Of a stretch of 64,000 nt of DNA, positions 26,221-39,750 are shown piece after piece (positions within the stretch are counted from its first letter, which is position 1; each line of letters begins with the position of its first letter). The translations under genes were made by a program, and so were the position numbers. The notes beneath the pieces were generated by a model. That model searched no databases and was not told where the DNA came from. It saw only the letters and a program-made list of their open reading frames with translations. This DNA is from Callorhinchus milii. Its lineage: Eukaryota. The stretch is from assembly GCF_018977255.1 (NCBI RefSeq), contig NW_024704742.1, positions 125,738,001 to 125,802,000 on the forward strand, in the 5' to 3' direction.

Positions 26221-26530
26221 TAGAGTTCTTACACCACAGATGGAGACCATTCATCCCATCGTGCCTGTGCCGGCTTTTTGAAAGAGCTATCCAATTAGTC
26301 CCACTCCCCACTCTTTCCCATAGCCTTGCAAATTGTTTTTCTTTTCAAATAAATATATAATTCCCTTTTGAAAGTTATTATTGAGTTTGTTTCCACCACA
26401 CTTTCAGGGCAGTGCATTCTAGATCACAACAACTCACTGTGTATATCATATATATATAAAAGAAAGTTCCCCTCATCTACCTTCTGGTTCTTTTGACAAT
26501 TATCTTGAATCTGTGTCCTCTGATTACCAC
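26221..26530 (-). mobile_element. CR1 3' fragment
   Basis: Reverse complement of the CR1 3' end (AAAGAGCTATCCAATTAGTCCCACTCCCC on +). Confidence 0.8.
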
Positions 26531-27434
26531 AAGTAGCTGTCAGCCCAAAATAAACCGAGCACCACACCTGGAGATCATGCACGTAACTGCCTACGGAAGG
26601 AAGTCAGAAAGACCAATTCTATCCTCTTTGCAGTTTCTTTTCCTGAAATGTTTCACTTGATTTTACTTTTTGCTTTAATGTTTAGCTAAGGTCAGGCACG
26701 TTCCTCTGGGGAGAGAGCATGCCTCCCATCCAGACAAATAGAAACCATACATACGGTTGACATGTGGAACTTTCAGACTTTCAGACCTGTCTTCTTTTCC
26801 TCTACAGATCTCACCAGGAAAATGATTTGAACTGTTGCAGTTTGAATATAGATCATGCAAATCACTTTGGTCTCCACCGACTCTTAAACATGTTTATGAG
26901 TTTCATAATGAACATTCATCCAGCTGACGCCCACTGGTGGTCACTGTGTATTTTGTATTCAAACACATTGGCCAACTTGTGCGCAACAATGTCTCATGAA
27001 TAGCCATGAAGTGAATGGACAATTTTTTTATCTGGGGCAATGTTTGCCAGGACAGATGGGGGAAATGCTCTTCACTTTTCAAATGAAGTGCAAAGGGCAT
27101 CCATCTGAACATGCAGATGGGACTTCTGTTTTTAACACCTCATCTGAAGGGCAGTATCTCCAACAATGTTGAGAATTCCTTTTGATTTCAAAGTCCTGAC
27201 ATGGGGCTTGAACCCACAACCTTCTGACTCAGAGCTGAGAATGCTAGCTGACTGAACTAGGCAGTCAGGGGTTGAGCCCAAGGGCTAGACCAGTGGAGGC
27301 CAACTTTTGGCCTGTGGTCCAAAAGTGACTCATGGGGCCATCAAGAAATAACCCCCTGCCCCCCAAACATTTACACAAGTCTAGGTAAGTCCGCGGTCGA
27401 TTGGTAGTGTGTTTTCAGTTTTATCTTAATTGAA

Positions 27435-27540
27435 TATCAGTGACCAGTGGCCAACAAAATACATTTTCTCGATTGAATAATTCTTAAATTAAAAAATATT
27501 CAATCGAAAAAAATGTATTTTGTTGGCCACTGGTCTGATA
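27435..27540. repeat. ~105-bp near-perfect palindrome (MITE-like)
   Basis: Arm 27442-27479 pairs with 27497-27535 with one mismatch and one 1-nt indel. Confidence 0.8.
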
Positions 27541-28642
27541 CCCCAGTGCAGTGTTGGGGGAGTGCTACATTTCAGAGGTGCCGTTCTTCAGATGAGATGT
27601 TAAACCAAAATCTCGTCTGCCTGTTCAGGTGGGCATTAAAGAATGCATGATACTATTTGCAAAGAGTAGGAAGTTTCTCCTTGTTTGTTTTCCTGGAAAC
27701 AAATTAAATTGATTAGTCACCTCTTGACTGTTTGTGGAACATTGCTGTATGAACATTGGCTGCTGTGTTCACCTACAAACACACAGTTTCTACCCTTAAC
27801 AGTAATTACTGTGAAGAATATTCAGACATTTTGATGTTGTAAGGCACTATATCAAAAACAAGGATAATTAGAAAGAGCTTTTTCCAGCACCAGCAATGCT
27901 AACTCTTTCAAATGCAATACTTTTTCAATCCCAATAAGGTGGAAAATGATGCTGTATTTTTCATTAATATATTAAAATGTGGATTACAAGAGCCGAATCA
28001 TTTGAAAACGGCAAATCTTTGCAGAGTAATTACAGGATTCAATTTCTTAAATGCTGTGTTGCTTTGAAAAGCATAATCTACACCCACACAATTGGCTCCA
28101 TTTAAACGTTTCTACTTGATTGTGGTTACAACGTCTGCCACTTTCCTCATTCAGCTTTGCTAGTGATGCATTTCCTGAACGCACAACTTCCGGCTTGACC
28201 ATCTATTCAACCAAGCGTTTCATCCGGTGTCTGAGCAAAACCCAAATAAAACACTATTTTTCAGAGTAACCTTTATGGAAGAGAGAAAAAAAAATTACTT
28301 GATGCCAGATCATTAGAACGAGAAAAAATATTTGGTTAAAAATACATCCAATGCAATTTACATTCATCTAGCACCTTTCATGTCTCCAACCTTAACACAA
28401 AATGGTTTTATAGGCTAAAAGTGTGTGCAATTTCAGACCTCTGCAAGTTCCCCCTCCTAGGTTACTACACCCCATGTTAATTAAACAGGGGTACTGACAT
28501 CCCTATAGTCCTTGGTCCCGTTTCTCAGCAGATATATTTATTCACCCCATTAAAGGGTGACACCCCATATGTTAACTAGGCAGTTGGTAGCACTCTCCCT
28601 CTGAATCAGAAGGTTGTATGTTCATGCCCCTTCTTGGGACTT

Positions 28643-28960
28643 GGAGTCCTGTAGCTCAGTGGTTAGAGCACTCGCTTTGCAAGTGAGAGACCTGAGTTCA
28701 ATTCCAGGCAGAGGGCGAAACTTTGGGCAAGTTTCCTTACTCCACACAGAGCCTAATAATAATCCCTCCAAAACCAAAACAATAATAAATTGGTTATTTT
28801 CAATCTACGACTGTTTGTGGGACATTGCTGTGCGCAATTGGCTGCCGCGTTCGCCCAAAATATTCAGTCGATTCACTTTACAGTGTGTTCTGTGAAGCGC
28901 TTTAGGACGTCCTCCCGACGTGAAAAGCGCTATATCAAATGCAAGGATTATTATTATTAT
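28643..28960 (+). mobile_element. Young tRNA-derived SINE nested in an old SINE (about 28575-29270)
   Basis: Complete head with A and B boxes and an anticodon-like arm CTCGC-TTTGCAA-GTGAG (TGC, Ala-like), plus Deu-like core and tail. Confidence 0.9.
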
Positions 28961-30432
28961 ATTGTGTTATGTTTGCTCTCCAATGCAGTGCTGGGATGTG
29001 CTGCAATGTCGGAAATGCTGTCCATCAGATGAGACAATAAACCAAGGTACTATCTGATGGATGTTAAAGATCTCACAGCATTATTTGATAAGAAAAGTGA
29101 GCTTATCCTGCTGTCCTGGCCAACAATCCCCCAAATAAAAATGAACTACTCTATGGTTATTAGTAAGTCATTCTCGTGCACAAATAGCTGCTGCATTTGC
29201 CCACAAAATGCACACAGCCATATCACTTTACAGTATATCCTGTGAAGCGATTTGAGACATCTCAACAACATAATAATAATAATAATAATCCTTGCACTTG
29301 AAATAGCGCTTTTCACGTGATATAGCATTTGATATAGCGTTTCTAGACAAGGCGCTGTATCAAATGCAAGGATTATTATTATTATTTATTATAAAAAAAG
29401 CATCAATTAACTCAGAATTAATGACTTCATTGTTTAGACTGTTCCACGTAGCTGCCACCCTATCACCATGTGAGAGGAAACAATTTTAACTTGCTTGTGA
29501 ATGTTGCATTATATCCATCTTTAGATAATGAAGAGCTTTCTAAATATCCAACTATTAATTTATTTGCTCATTCAGTTATTTATTAGGATAATTCATTTGT
29601 TCATTTATCTTTTTTCATATCATTCATCAAACACCAGTTCTTTTCACAAACTGTGGAAACTGAACTTCATCCAAATTAAATAATAATAATCCTTGCATTT
29701 GATGTAGCGCCTTATTATGTTGTAGAGGCGGCACAAAGTGCTTCACAGGATTTACTATAGAATTAATTGGTTATATTTTGTGGGTGAAACAAGGCTGCCA
29801 GTTTGCACATAGCAATGTCCCACAAACAGCCCTAGCTACGTTTTATCCACAAATACACAGTCAAACCACTTTACAGTAAATCCTGTGAAGCGCTTTGAGA
29901 CATCTTGATAACTTGCTAAGGTGTTATATTAAATGCAAAGATTATTATTGAGTGAGTGATCAATACATGACCTTGGTTTAATGTTTCATCCGAAGAACAG
30001 CACTTCCAACAGTGCAACCCCATCTCCCCAGCACTGCATTGAAGTGTGAGCTTAAACTATGTGATTCCCAATCCCAACATGGGGCTTGAACCCACAACCT
30101 TCTGATTCAGAGGGGAGAGTGCTTTGCTTCCAACTGAGCCAGGCTGACACACAAACTGAAGCAAAATTTAAGACATTTTGCAAAATTCTTCAATTTAAGA
30201 AAATGGTTCTAGCTATTTAAAATGACATAACTTAGGTTCGGCATTAATGTAGTTGGTTGTGAGGTTCAACCCAAAGTACTTTTTTCTTTCAGATGCTGAT
30301 CAACCAGCTGTGAATTTCCATTCTCATCTGTATCAATTTCAGCTCTGCACCATTTTATGATTTTTCTTCCCTTTTCTACCACAGGGATCTGTGAAGCAAC
30401 TTTTACTTTTCACTGACGTGCTCCTTCCAGTT

Positions 30433-30878
30433 ATCGAATTCAAGATCCTCACCCTCACCTACAAGGCCATTCACGGCCTTGCTCCCCCCAACCTCTCCGA
30501 CCTACTATCCCCCTACCTACCTGCCCGTATCCTCCATTCCTCTGGCTCCGGTCTGCTCCACATCCCCCGCCCCAACCGCCCTACCATCGGTGGCCGGGCC
30601 TTCAGCCTCTCAGCCCCTAGGCTCTGGAACTCTATCCCCCAGTGCCTTCGCCGCTTCCTCCCTTTCCTCCTTCAAGGCCGGTCTCAAGACCTTTCTCTTT
30701 GATCGTGCCTTCAGCTCCCCTCTCGACTCTCTACCCCCTCCTCGCTCCCTCCCTTCCCTCTCCTCACCCTGACCATTTCCCCCCTGCTCGGGTCCTGGCC
30801 CAACTGTACAGCACCTTGGGACGTCCTCCCGACGTGAAAGGCGCTCAATAAATGGAATCTTGTTGTTGTTGTTGTTGT
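30433..30878 (+). mobile_element. L2 3' fragment (young)
   Basis: [16 protein letters not shown]...[15 protein letters not shown] and a (TTG)n tail. Confidence 0.9.
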
Positions 30879-32993
30879 ATTAATAGCAAACATTTTATTT
30901 GCCTTATTATAAATAAAGTCTGTTTTTAAACAAAAGCAGAGTTCCCTTACTGGCAATGTCAACTATATCTGTTTAAAGGGACCATCCTCTCTTTAAAAGG
31001 GCAGTAACTTCTTTACCCAGAGAGTGGTGGAAATGTGGAACTTGCTACCACAAGGAGTAGTTGAGGCGAATAGCATACATCCATTTAAGGGGAAGCTAGA
31101 TAAGTACGTGAGAGAGAAAGGAATAGAAAGTTATGCTGATAGGCTTTGAGGAAGGGCAGGAAGAGACTCATGTGCAGCATAAACTCTGGCATAGACCGGT
31201 ATTGAGACGGGCTTTGAAGGAGGCAAGGGAAGGGATGAGGCGGATGGACTTCCAGAGTATGGGGGTAAAAGGGTTGAAGGCCCAACCACTGATAGTGGAG
31301 CAGGTGGGGCAGGAGACATGGAACAGAGCCGAAAGAGTGGACAATATGTTTTTCTTAGAGTCCTGGCCAACAACCCCCAAATGAAATTGTCATTTTTGGG
31401 ACATGACTATGTGCAAATTTGATTGTCATGTGCGCCTACAAATACACAGTCACTACACTGCACTGTACAGCCCTGTGGAGACACCTTAATGATGTGATCA
31501 GGTACTATGTCAAATGCAGAATTATTACTACTGTTATTCATAAGGAATCTGAGTTGTGCAACAGGTGAAACTTGTGGGGGGAAAACTGAAATTTATGGCA
31601 AAAGTCATTGTGACACAATCTACCTCCAGAGCAGAGTTCTCATAAACTGACTGGAATTCTGATGGGAGTTCCTTATTATGGAATACTGTTTTGAAACACC
31701 TGTAATTAGACCCTTTAACTTTTACTTAAAATAAGTTAACAGATGTAGAAGTAAGCTCACAGGATTGGGTTGGATGAAGAATGCCCTTCAACCTGTTTGA
31801 TCTCATCCTTCCAGAATACTCAACCTACTGTCCTCCCATTACAGCATGAAACCATTCTTTAAATTAGACCAGTGACTTGGCATCTCCGCAAGAGGGGTCT
31901 GCAATTGTTATCACTGGGGTTTAAATTGCACTGATTCCTTAATAAATACTGTGAGAGGCAAATACAGACTCCTTCCAATAACTGGAAGCCACTACATCTT
32001 CGCTCTGACAAAATCTACAGAGTTTCAGTGGGTCAGCATGACGTACTTCTGGTTACTAAACAGAGTCCCCTTCCACACCCCCCCACCCCCACTCCACACC
32101 CACTTGTGACCTGCAGCTTCTATCGAGGACGCCCATGATGAATCCCTGACTGTGAAACATTGGAAAATTGTAGAGAATTGACATTTTCAGCAAATGAAAC
32201 CCAACCGAGCTAATGTAAGCTGGCTGTGATTCAGAGCTCAGTGCCGGTGCAAGCCTGTATTTGACCTGCCCAGCTCAGCTTTTTGCCAGCAATCTGCCTC
32301 ATACTGTGTGCCATTAGTGCATGGTCCAATTGCTCCACCCTCTGTTTTGATTTATGAAATTGAATTTTTCTGAACTTCTGTGCATGTCCCTTCTGTGGTT
32401 CACAATGATCAAATAGAGGTTCGCATCCTATACTAAAACAATCTTTTCCGTTGTTCGTTTCGTTTAATGATTTTAAAATCAAATTTGACATTTTGATTTT
32501 TTCGACAATTTTCTCTGCCGACAATTTTTTTCATCCCCCCCACCTTCTCCTTAAGGTAACTTTGACTGCAATATTCATGTGTAAAACTTAACAGCAATTC
32601 CTGGCAGGCTGTTTGACTGTGGGGGAAGGAGGGGTTGATCACAGCTGAGGCTGCCTGATGTCCGCATTGCAAACACTCTCCAGCAAGCGTCTCTGAATGG
32701 TAATCAGGAGCAGAAACTGGCAGACTTTCCCCTCCCTAGCCTGGGCTGATAAGGCTAATTGTAAAGCGGTGACTACTGTTCCAATGAGATCAACTAATTC
32801 AGTACAGGGTAGAATCCCGGGGCTTTCTCAGTTTGCATGCTTAGCTGCTGACTAGATAGTTATTGAAGCATTTCTGTATACATTTTTAATCATCCAGATA
32901 AAAAATCTGTTAGCAAGCAGCATATATTGACTTCTGCTTTTGAAATGACTGTAGATGCTAAGAAAATCATCTGAATCTCCATCAAATATTATC

Positions 32994-33292
32994 AGGGCGA
33001 AACATTAGGCAAGGTTCCTTACTCTACACACCTATGTTTACCCAGCAGTAAGTAGGAACACGGTTGTTAGTCGATTGGCGTATCTCTTTTCTGGGTTAAT
33101 AGTCCCTTCAAAAAAGACTAAATAATAAAATAATAATAACTTGATCACATAATTCCTGTTTGTGGGACACTGTTGTGCGCAATTGACTGCCGCGGTTCGC
33201 CCACAAAATATACAGTATATTCTGTGAGGTGCTTTGAGACGTCTTGAAGACGTGATAGGTCACTATATCAAATGCAAGGATTATTATTATTA
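32994..33292 (+). mobile_element. 5'-truncated SINE (long-middle subfamily)
   Basis: GGGCGAAAC...CAGTAAGTAGGAAC..., Deu-like core and (ATT)n. Confidence 0.8.
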
Positions 33293-33559
33293 TAATAATA
33301 GAATAATCCCTTCATTTGATATATCACATAGTTGAAACATCTTAAAGCGGTTCACAAGATTTTTCTATAAAGTGTAGAGACTGTGTTTTTGCAACCAATT
33401 TGCGCACAGCATTGACCCACAAACACCCATGAAGTGAATGACCAATTGTATCTGAGGGATTGTTGGTAGGACAATAATATCACAGGCCTACTAAAATGAA
33501 AGGTTCTGATAGATGTCCCTTATGTCCTCCTGTTAATTTGTCCCTCAGATACTAATCTA

Positions 33560-36500
33560 AGCAGAGAGCCCAGCAGCGTGAGGAGGAAACTGAATGAGAT
33601 GGAACACAGTGAGAATTTTGTTAAGGAATTTGGTGAGAGTGGGAATTTGGTGCAGAGGGGGAAAGAAGTACATAATTATAAAATATATAATAGTTATATT
33701 AAAATAATATACAATATGTCTGGGAATGTGGCAGAGCAGCTAAGACCACTTGCAGGTACAATGTGTGCTGTGTGGGAACTCCAGGATGCTTTGGGTGCCC
33801 TGGACAGACACGTGTGTAGGAAGTGCCTCCGGCTGTTCAAGCTTGAGCTCAGGGTTTCTGAGCTTGAGGTGAGGCTGGTGTCACTACATAGCATATGGGA
33901 GGCTGAAGAGTTCATGGATCAAATGTTTAATGACGTGATCATCCCACAGCCACAGAGGGTTCAGAAGGAGAGTGAGTGGGTGACCACCTGACATGGTAGG
34001 AAGAGGGGACAGGCAGCGCAGAAATTCACTGAGAGTGTGGCACTCACAAATCGGTTCTCTATACCGAATTCCGGGCAGGGTGATGACACCTCTGGGGAGG
34101 GGAGTCAAAAGCAAATGGATGCACAGGGGGAGAGAGGGAAGAGTGTCAATGTAATTGTTATTGGCGACACAATGGTGAAAGGAGTAGACAGACATTTCTG
34201 GAACTCAAAAAAAAATGACTCTCGCATGGTATATTGCCTTCTTCATGCCAGGGTTGAAGACATCATGGAACGGGCACAAACATTCCACAGGGGGAAAGGA
34301 AACATCTAGAAGTCGTGGTCCATGTAGTGATCCATGACGCAGAGAAAAAAAGGCTGAGATCCTACAGGGAGAGTATCAGAAGCTAGGGAAAAAGCTAAAG
34401 AGTAGGACCTCAATGGTGGTGATCATTGGATTACTCCCTGTGCCTTGTGCAAGTGAGTATCAACATAGCAGGATCAAACACATGAATGCATAATAATAAT
34501 AATAGTAATCCTTGCATTTGATATAGTGCCTTTCACGTCGGGAGGACGTCCCAAAGCGCTTCGCAGAACACACTGTAAAGTGAATTGACTGTATATTTGT
34601 GGGCGAACGCAGCAGCCAATTGCGCATAGCAATGTCCCACAAACAGTCGTGGATTGAAAATGACCAATTTATTATTGTTTTTGGTTTTGGAGCGATTATT
34701 ATTAGGCTCTGTGTGGAGTAAGGAAACTTGTCTAAGGTTTCGCCCTCTGCCTGGAATTGAACTCAGGTCTCTCACTTGCAAAGCGGGTGCTCTAACCACT
34801 GAGCTACAGGACTCCACAATAGTTGGAGAAATGGTGCAGAAAGGAGGGCTTCAGGTTCCTGGATCATTAGGACCAGCTTTGGGGCAGGTGGGACCTGTAT
34901 AAGGAGGATGGGTTACACCTGAACAGAGCTGTGACCAATATCCTCACAGGGAGATTAACTGGTGCTGTGGGAATTTTGAGGGGGGAAGGGAATCAGGATG
35001 TAGCATTGGAGAGGAAAACAAGTTATATAGAAGGCTGGGAGAGTAGCAATGTAGTAAAGAGAAATGCAGAGCAGATTCAGTCGGTCTTGGAGTGTGTAAA
35101 TGCACAGAGTGTGACAAATAGGATTGGTGAGCTGCAGGTTCAAGTTGCCACATGGGGTTATGATGTAATGGCAATGACGGAGACCTGGCTCAAACAAGGG
35201 TAGGAATGGGAGCTGAGTATTCCTGGCTACAATGTATTCAGGAGGGATAGGGAAGAAAAAAAAGGAGGGCGTGGCAATATTGATTAAAGACACAGTTATG
35301 GCCCGGGAAAGGAATGATGTGCTAGAGGATCCAAGAATTTGGTTAGAGTTAAGGAGCGGAAAAGGAGCTGTTACTTTGTTAGGTGTAGGCTATAGACCAC
35401 CAAATAGTGGGAAGGAGATAGATGAGCAAATATGCAAACAAATTTCAGAAAGATTCAAAACCAATAGAGTTGTGATAATGGGGGACTTCAATCATCCTAA
35501 CATAGACTGGCAAAATAACAGCATAAAAGGCAAGGAGGGGAAGGATTCCTGAAATGTGTGCAGGATAACTTTCTGGATCAGTATGTTTCCAGCCCAATGA
35601 GAAAGGAAGCAGTGCTGGATCTAGTTCTGGGGAATAAAGTGGGCCAAGTGGAGCAGGTTTCAGTAGGAGAGCAGCTGGACAACAATGATCACAACATCAT
35701 TAGGTTTAGAGTACTTATGGAAAGGTTACATGGAACAATCAAGATGAAGATACTCAACTGGAAGAGAAATGTAATCAATTAATTAAAAAGGGATCTAGCC
35801 AAGGTGCACTGGAAAGAAAGATTGGCAGGTAAAACAGCTAAGAAGCAATGGGAAGCCTTCAAGGAGGAAATAGTTCAGGGACAGAACAAATACATTCCCA
35901 CAAAGGGGAAAGATAGGGCATCCAAGCACCCCTGGACGAATAAGGAAATTGAGATTAAAATAAAACAGAGAAAGGAGGCTGATGATAAATATCATGTCCA
36001 AAATACAGAAGATAATCAAATAGAATATAGAAAATACAGAGAAGAACTGAAAAAGGAAATAAGAGGGGCAAAGAGATTTTATGAGAAAAGATTAGCAGGC
36101 AACATAAAAGGGAACCCTGAGATATTTTATAAGCACATAAAGAAGAAAAGGTTAGTCAAAGGTAGGGTGGGTCCAATTAGGGACTAAAGAATAAATCTCC
36201 TTATGGAGCAGAGGGCATGGATGAATACATTGCATCTGCCTTCACAAAAGAAGAGGATGCAGCCAATGCCCAATATCGGAGGAGAGGGTAGAGAAATTGA
36301 ATACGATAAGAATAAACCGAGAGGAGGTACTAAAAAGGTTATCAGTGCTCAAGGTAGATAAGTCACCCGGTCCAGATGGGATGCATCCCAGTTTACTGAG
36401 GGAAGGATGGAAATAACGGTGGCTCTGGCCACAATCTTTCAATCCTCCTTGGACACCGGGGTGGTGCCAGAGGACTGGAGGATTGCAAATGTTACTCCCC

Positions 36501-37600
36501 TGTACAAAAAGGGACAGACGGATAACCCGGGAACAACAGGCCAGTCAGTCGAACATCAGTATTGGGGAAACTTCTAGAGAGGGTGGATGAAGGTAGTGCA
36601 GTTGATGTAGTTTGATAAAGTGGTCAGTATTGGAACCACTGCTGTTTTTGATCTATATAAATGACCTGGACTTGGGTATGGGGAGTACAATTTCCAAGTT
36701 AGCAGATAATACCAAGCTAGGAAAACTAGTAAACAATGACAAGGAATAGTAGCAGACTGAAAGAGGACATAGACAGACTGGTAAAATGGGCAGACAAGTG
36801 GCAGATGAAGTTCAGTGTGGAGAAATGCAAAATGATGCATTTTGGGAGGAAGAATGAGGAGAGGCAATATAAGCCGATGGTAGAATCTTAAAGGGGTGAA
36901 GGAACAGAGAGGACCTGGAGGTTCATATAAGTAAGTATTTGAAGGTGGCAGGACAGGTGGATAAAGCTGTTAAAAAAAGCATATGGGATACTAGGTTTTA
37001 TAAATAGGGGCATAGAATACAAAAGTCAGGAAGTTATGATGAACCTTTATAAAACACTAGTTAGGCGTCAGCTAAAATACTGTGTTCAGTTCTGGGTACC
37101 ACACTTTAGGAAGGATGTCATGGCATTGGAAAGGATGCAAAGGAGATTTACCAGGATGGTACCAGGAATGAGGAACTTCAGTTATCAGGAGAGATTAGGC
37201 AAGCTGGGATTATTCTCCTTGGAGCAGAGGTTAAGGGGAGACTTAAGAGCAGTTTTCAAAATTATGAGGGGATTCGATAGGGTGAACAAGGAGAAATTAT
37301 TTCCACTGGTGGGTGAGTCGGTAACCTGAGGACACCAATTTAGAATAGTTAGTAAAAGAAACAGGGTAGGTGAAGAGAAATTTTTTCACACAGCGAGTTG
37401 TTCGGTTCTGGAATGCGTTGCCTGAAGGGGTGGTGGAAGTCGATTCGATATCAATTAATAGAGAAGTAGATAATTATTTGGGGGGACAAGTTTGCAGGGC
37501 TATGGGGAGAGAGTGGGGGAGTGGGATTGATTTGGGTAGCTGTTTTCGAAGAGCTGGCACAGACATGATGGGCCGAATGGCCTCCTTCTGTGCCTGTATA
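33560..37600 (+). mobile_element. Near full-length CR1 LINE (ORF1 and ORF2), decayed
   Basis: ORF1 has a Cys-rich motif (CAVWEL...HVCRKC), a coiled coil and SGNH-esterase motifs (VIGDTMVKG; DGLHLN near 34906-34925). ORF2 has endonuclease motifs (MTETWL, YRPP, MGDFNHP, LDLVL) and a C-terminus (LYKTLVR, QFWVPH, RNFFTQRVV). The RT carries deletions near 36580-36640. Confidence 0.93.
34491..34815 (-). mobile_element. Young SINE inserted in CR1 ORF1
   Basis: Near-identical reverse complement of 28643-28960. Confidence 0.92.
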
Positions 37601-39750
37601 ATTAAAAAGAAAAAAAGATATGTGCTCGTATTCAGCATTACGTACTCTGTTTGTATCCAGAGTGGTGGTTGTAAAACCATGGATGTGTTTGATCAGTCAT
37701 GCAACAATACGAGAATGTTTCGACTGATAACGGTGATTAAAGGTATTTCAGCAGATTTATGAAGTATGAAAAATGTGCGACGAGTGCGTCACGCACCATA
37801 GTGTGGAAAATCATGAGGAAGAAAATCATGCAAAAGAAGCTTTGATGGATAGAATATTTCATGCAGTTATTCATATTTTGATTAAAATTAAAGGCACTGA
37901 AAATCAACAATCTATGAAACCTATTTACAGTTTTTTTTGGTCAAACAGTTTTAGAGTTACAGCTTATTTTGTTCAAAATATTCAAAGTATCATGTATAAC
38001 TTTTAGTCTGTAAATCATTACTCTCTTTGGTTTTGAATTTGAATCAATTATTTCTGTATTCAAATGTAATGGTCCATTGCTTTCATTTGAAGAGCATTTG
38101 CCAATTTATTATCTTATAATAATATAATAATCCTTACATTTGATAAGGTGACTTTCACGTCATTGAAATGTCTCAAAGGGCTTCGCTTCACAGGATATTC
38201 TGTAAAGTGGATTGACTGTGTATTTTGAGGGTGAAACGTGGTAGCCAGTTGCGCACATCAGTGTTCCACAAACAGTCATTGGGTGAGTGACCAATTTTAT
38301 TTTGGGGAATTGGTGGCCAGGACTCTTCATCAACTATGGTTCCATTATCTAAGCAGCTTTATTGATCAACCTTAAATGTCAGTTCCCTATAGAAGTGAAG
38401 TAAAGAAATTAACTTATACTCCCCACCTTGAGGAATATTAGTTCAATTCACAGATGATACATATATGAAAAATCTTTGCTGTGGCTGTTGAACACTATGA
38501 TGCAATGATGGAATTTTGCACTGAAACATGACATGGATTGTGAAGCTGTCTTGCGGGTCAAGGTGTGCAGTTCATGCCAGTGATCAAGACACCAGCGTTT
38601 TCACTGTAAACAAATCACTAGAAACGAACCATCTTTAGCAATGTCAGCCTAGTTCAGCTGTTAGCACTCTCGCCTCCAGGCACGAAAGTTGTGGTTTCAA
38701 GGCCTACACTGGGACAGTGAATTCAAAGACTCGCCTGACTATGTCATAGAACACAGTAGGACAGAATCCACTAAATTTCAATATTCTTCTTCAATTACTA
38801 AGATAGTGGATATAATAATGTTAAAATAAATCCACTATTTGAAACAATGGAAATCCCTTACAATCGTATTACCATTACAGAAAAAAATCCTGGCAATTAC
38901 CAAAACATTGTTTTATTGAAATGTTTTTGAAAATGTTTAAATGTTCCTTTACATCTTACTAACACTGCTTCAACATACAGAGTGAACTAATTTAGCCCAT
39001 TAAATCTTTATGACCACTCATTACAGTTGTGGCAATGGGGAACATTAGATTGGTGTTGAGTGAGATGTGGGCAGCAATCAGCTGCCAACACTCAGCCAGT
39101 GTTCCATAACCCACAAGCAGCTCCATCTAGTGGCTCAATCACAGAAATGAAATTTGTCAGAATTTGGTTGGCTGATCTTATTGTTATTGCACAAGATCAC
39201 AACATCAGTTTGGATGAGGAAGGTAGTTCAGCCTGTCTAACCTCATCCTTCCAGAATACCCACCTCATCGTTCTCCCATCTCAGCATCAACCTACTTTTT
39301 GTAAATGAATCCAGTGTTATGGAACCCTGATCCAGTCATTAATTACCATCTGGGCAAAGAAAAACTTCCTGGTATTTGTCCTGAAATTACCATTTGCAAC
39401 TATAAACCCATGTCCTCTTGTTCAATGCAAAGCACTCTCATACCTGAAAGTTCAGATTTGTTACTGATAATAATCCATTTTGCTCTTTACTTCCTTTGAC
39501 TGCTTTTGTCTCAGTTAAGACAGCAAGTACTGTTTCAAAATTACTGGGTCTTAAATTACCAGAAGTGCCAAAACTGTTGAGCTCATAACATTTATGAGTC
39601 GAAAACCTCAAAGGAGGTCATATAGATCTTGCACTTCTGGTGTAACTTCTTTTTCTGAAAAGTCAAAACTAGTATCTAACTAAAATGTTACTAGTGACAG
39701 TGTTGAGAATACTGTTCAAGCAGCACTGTTTGCTATTCAGCAGACGATGA

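Noticed and set aside
28643..28715. tRNA-Ala(TGC)-like gene, also at the other SINE heads
   Set aside because: Always fused to a SINE body and tail, with no proper acceptor stem. These are SINE heads, not tRNA genes.
32231..32524. 97-aa minus-strand ORF in unique DNA
   Set aside because: No recognisable domain or splice support.
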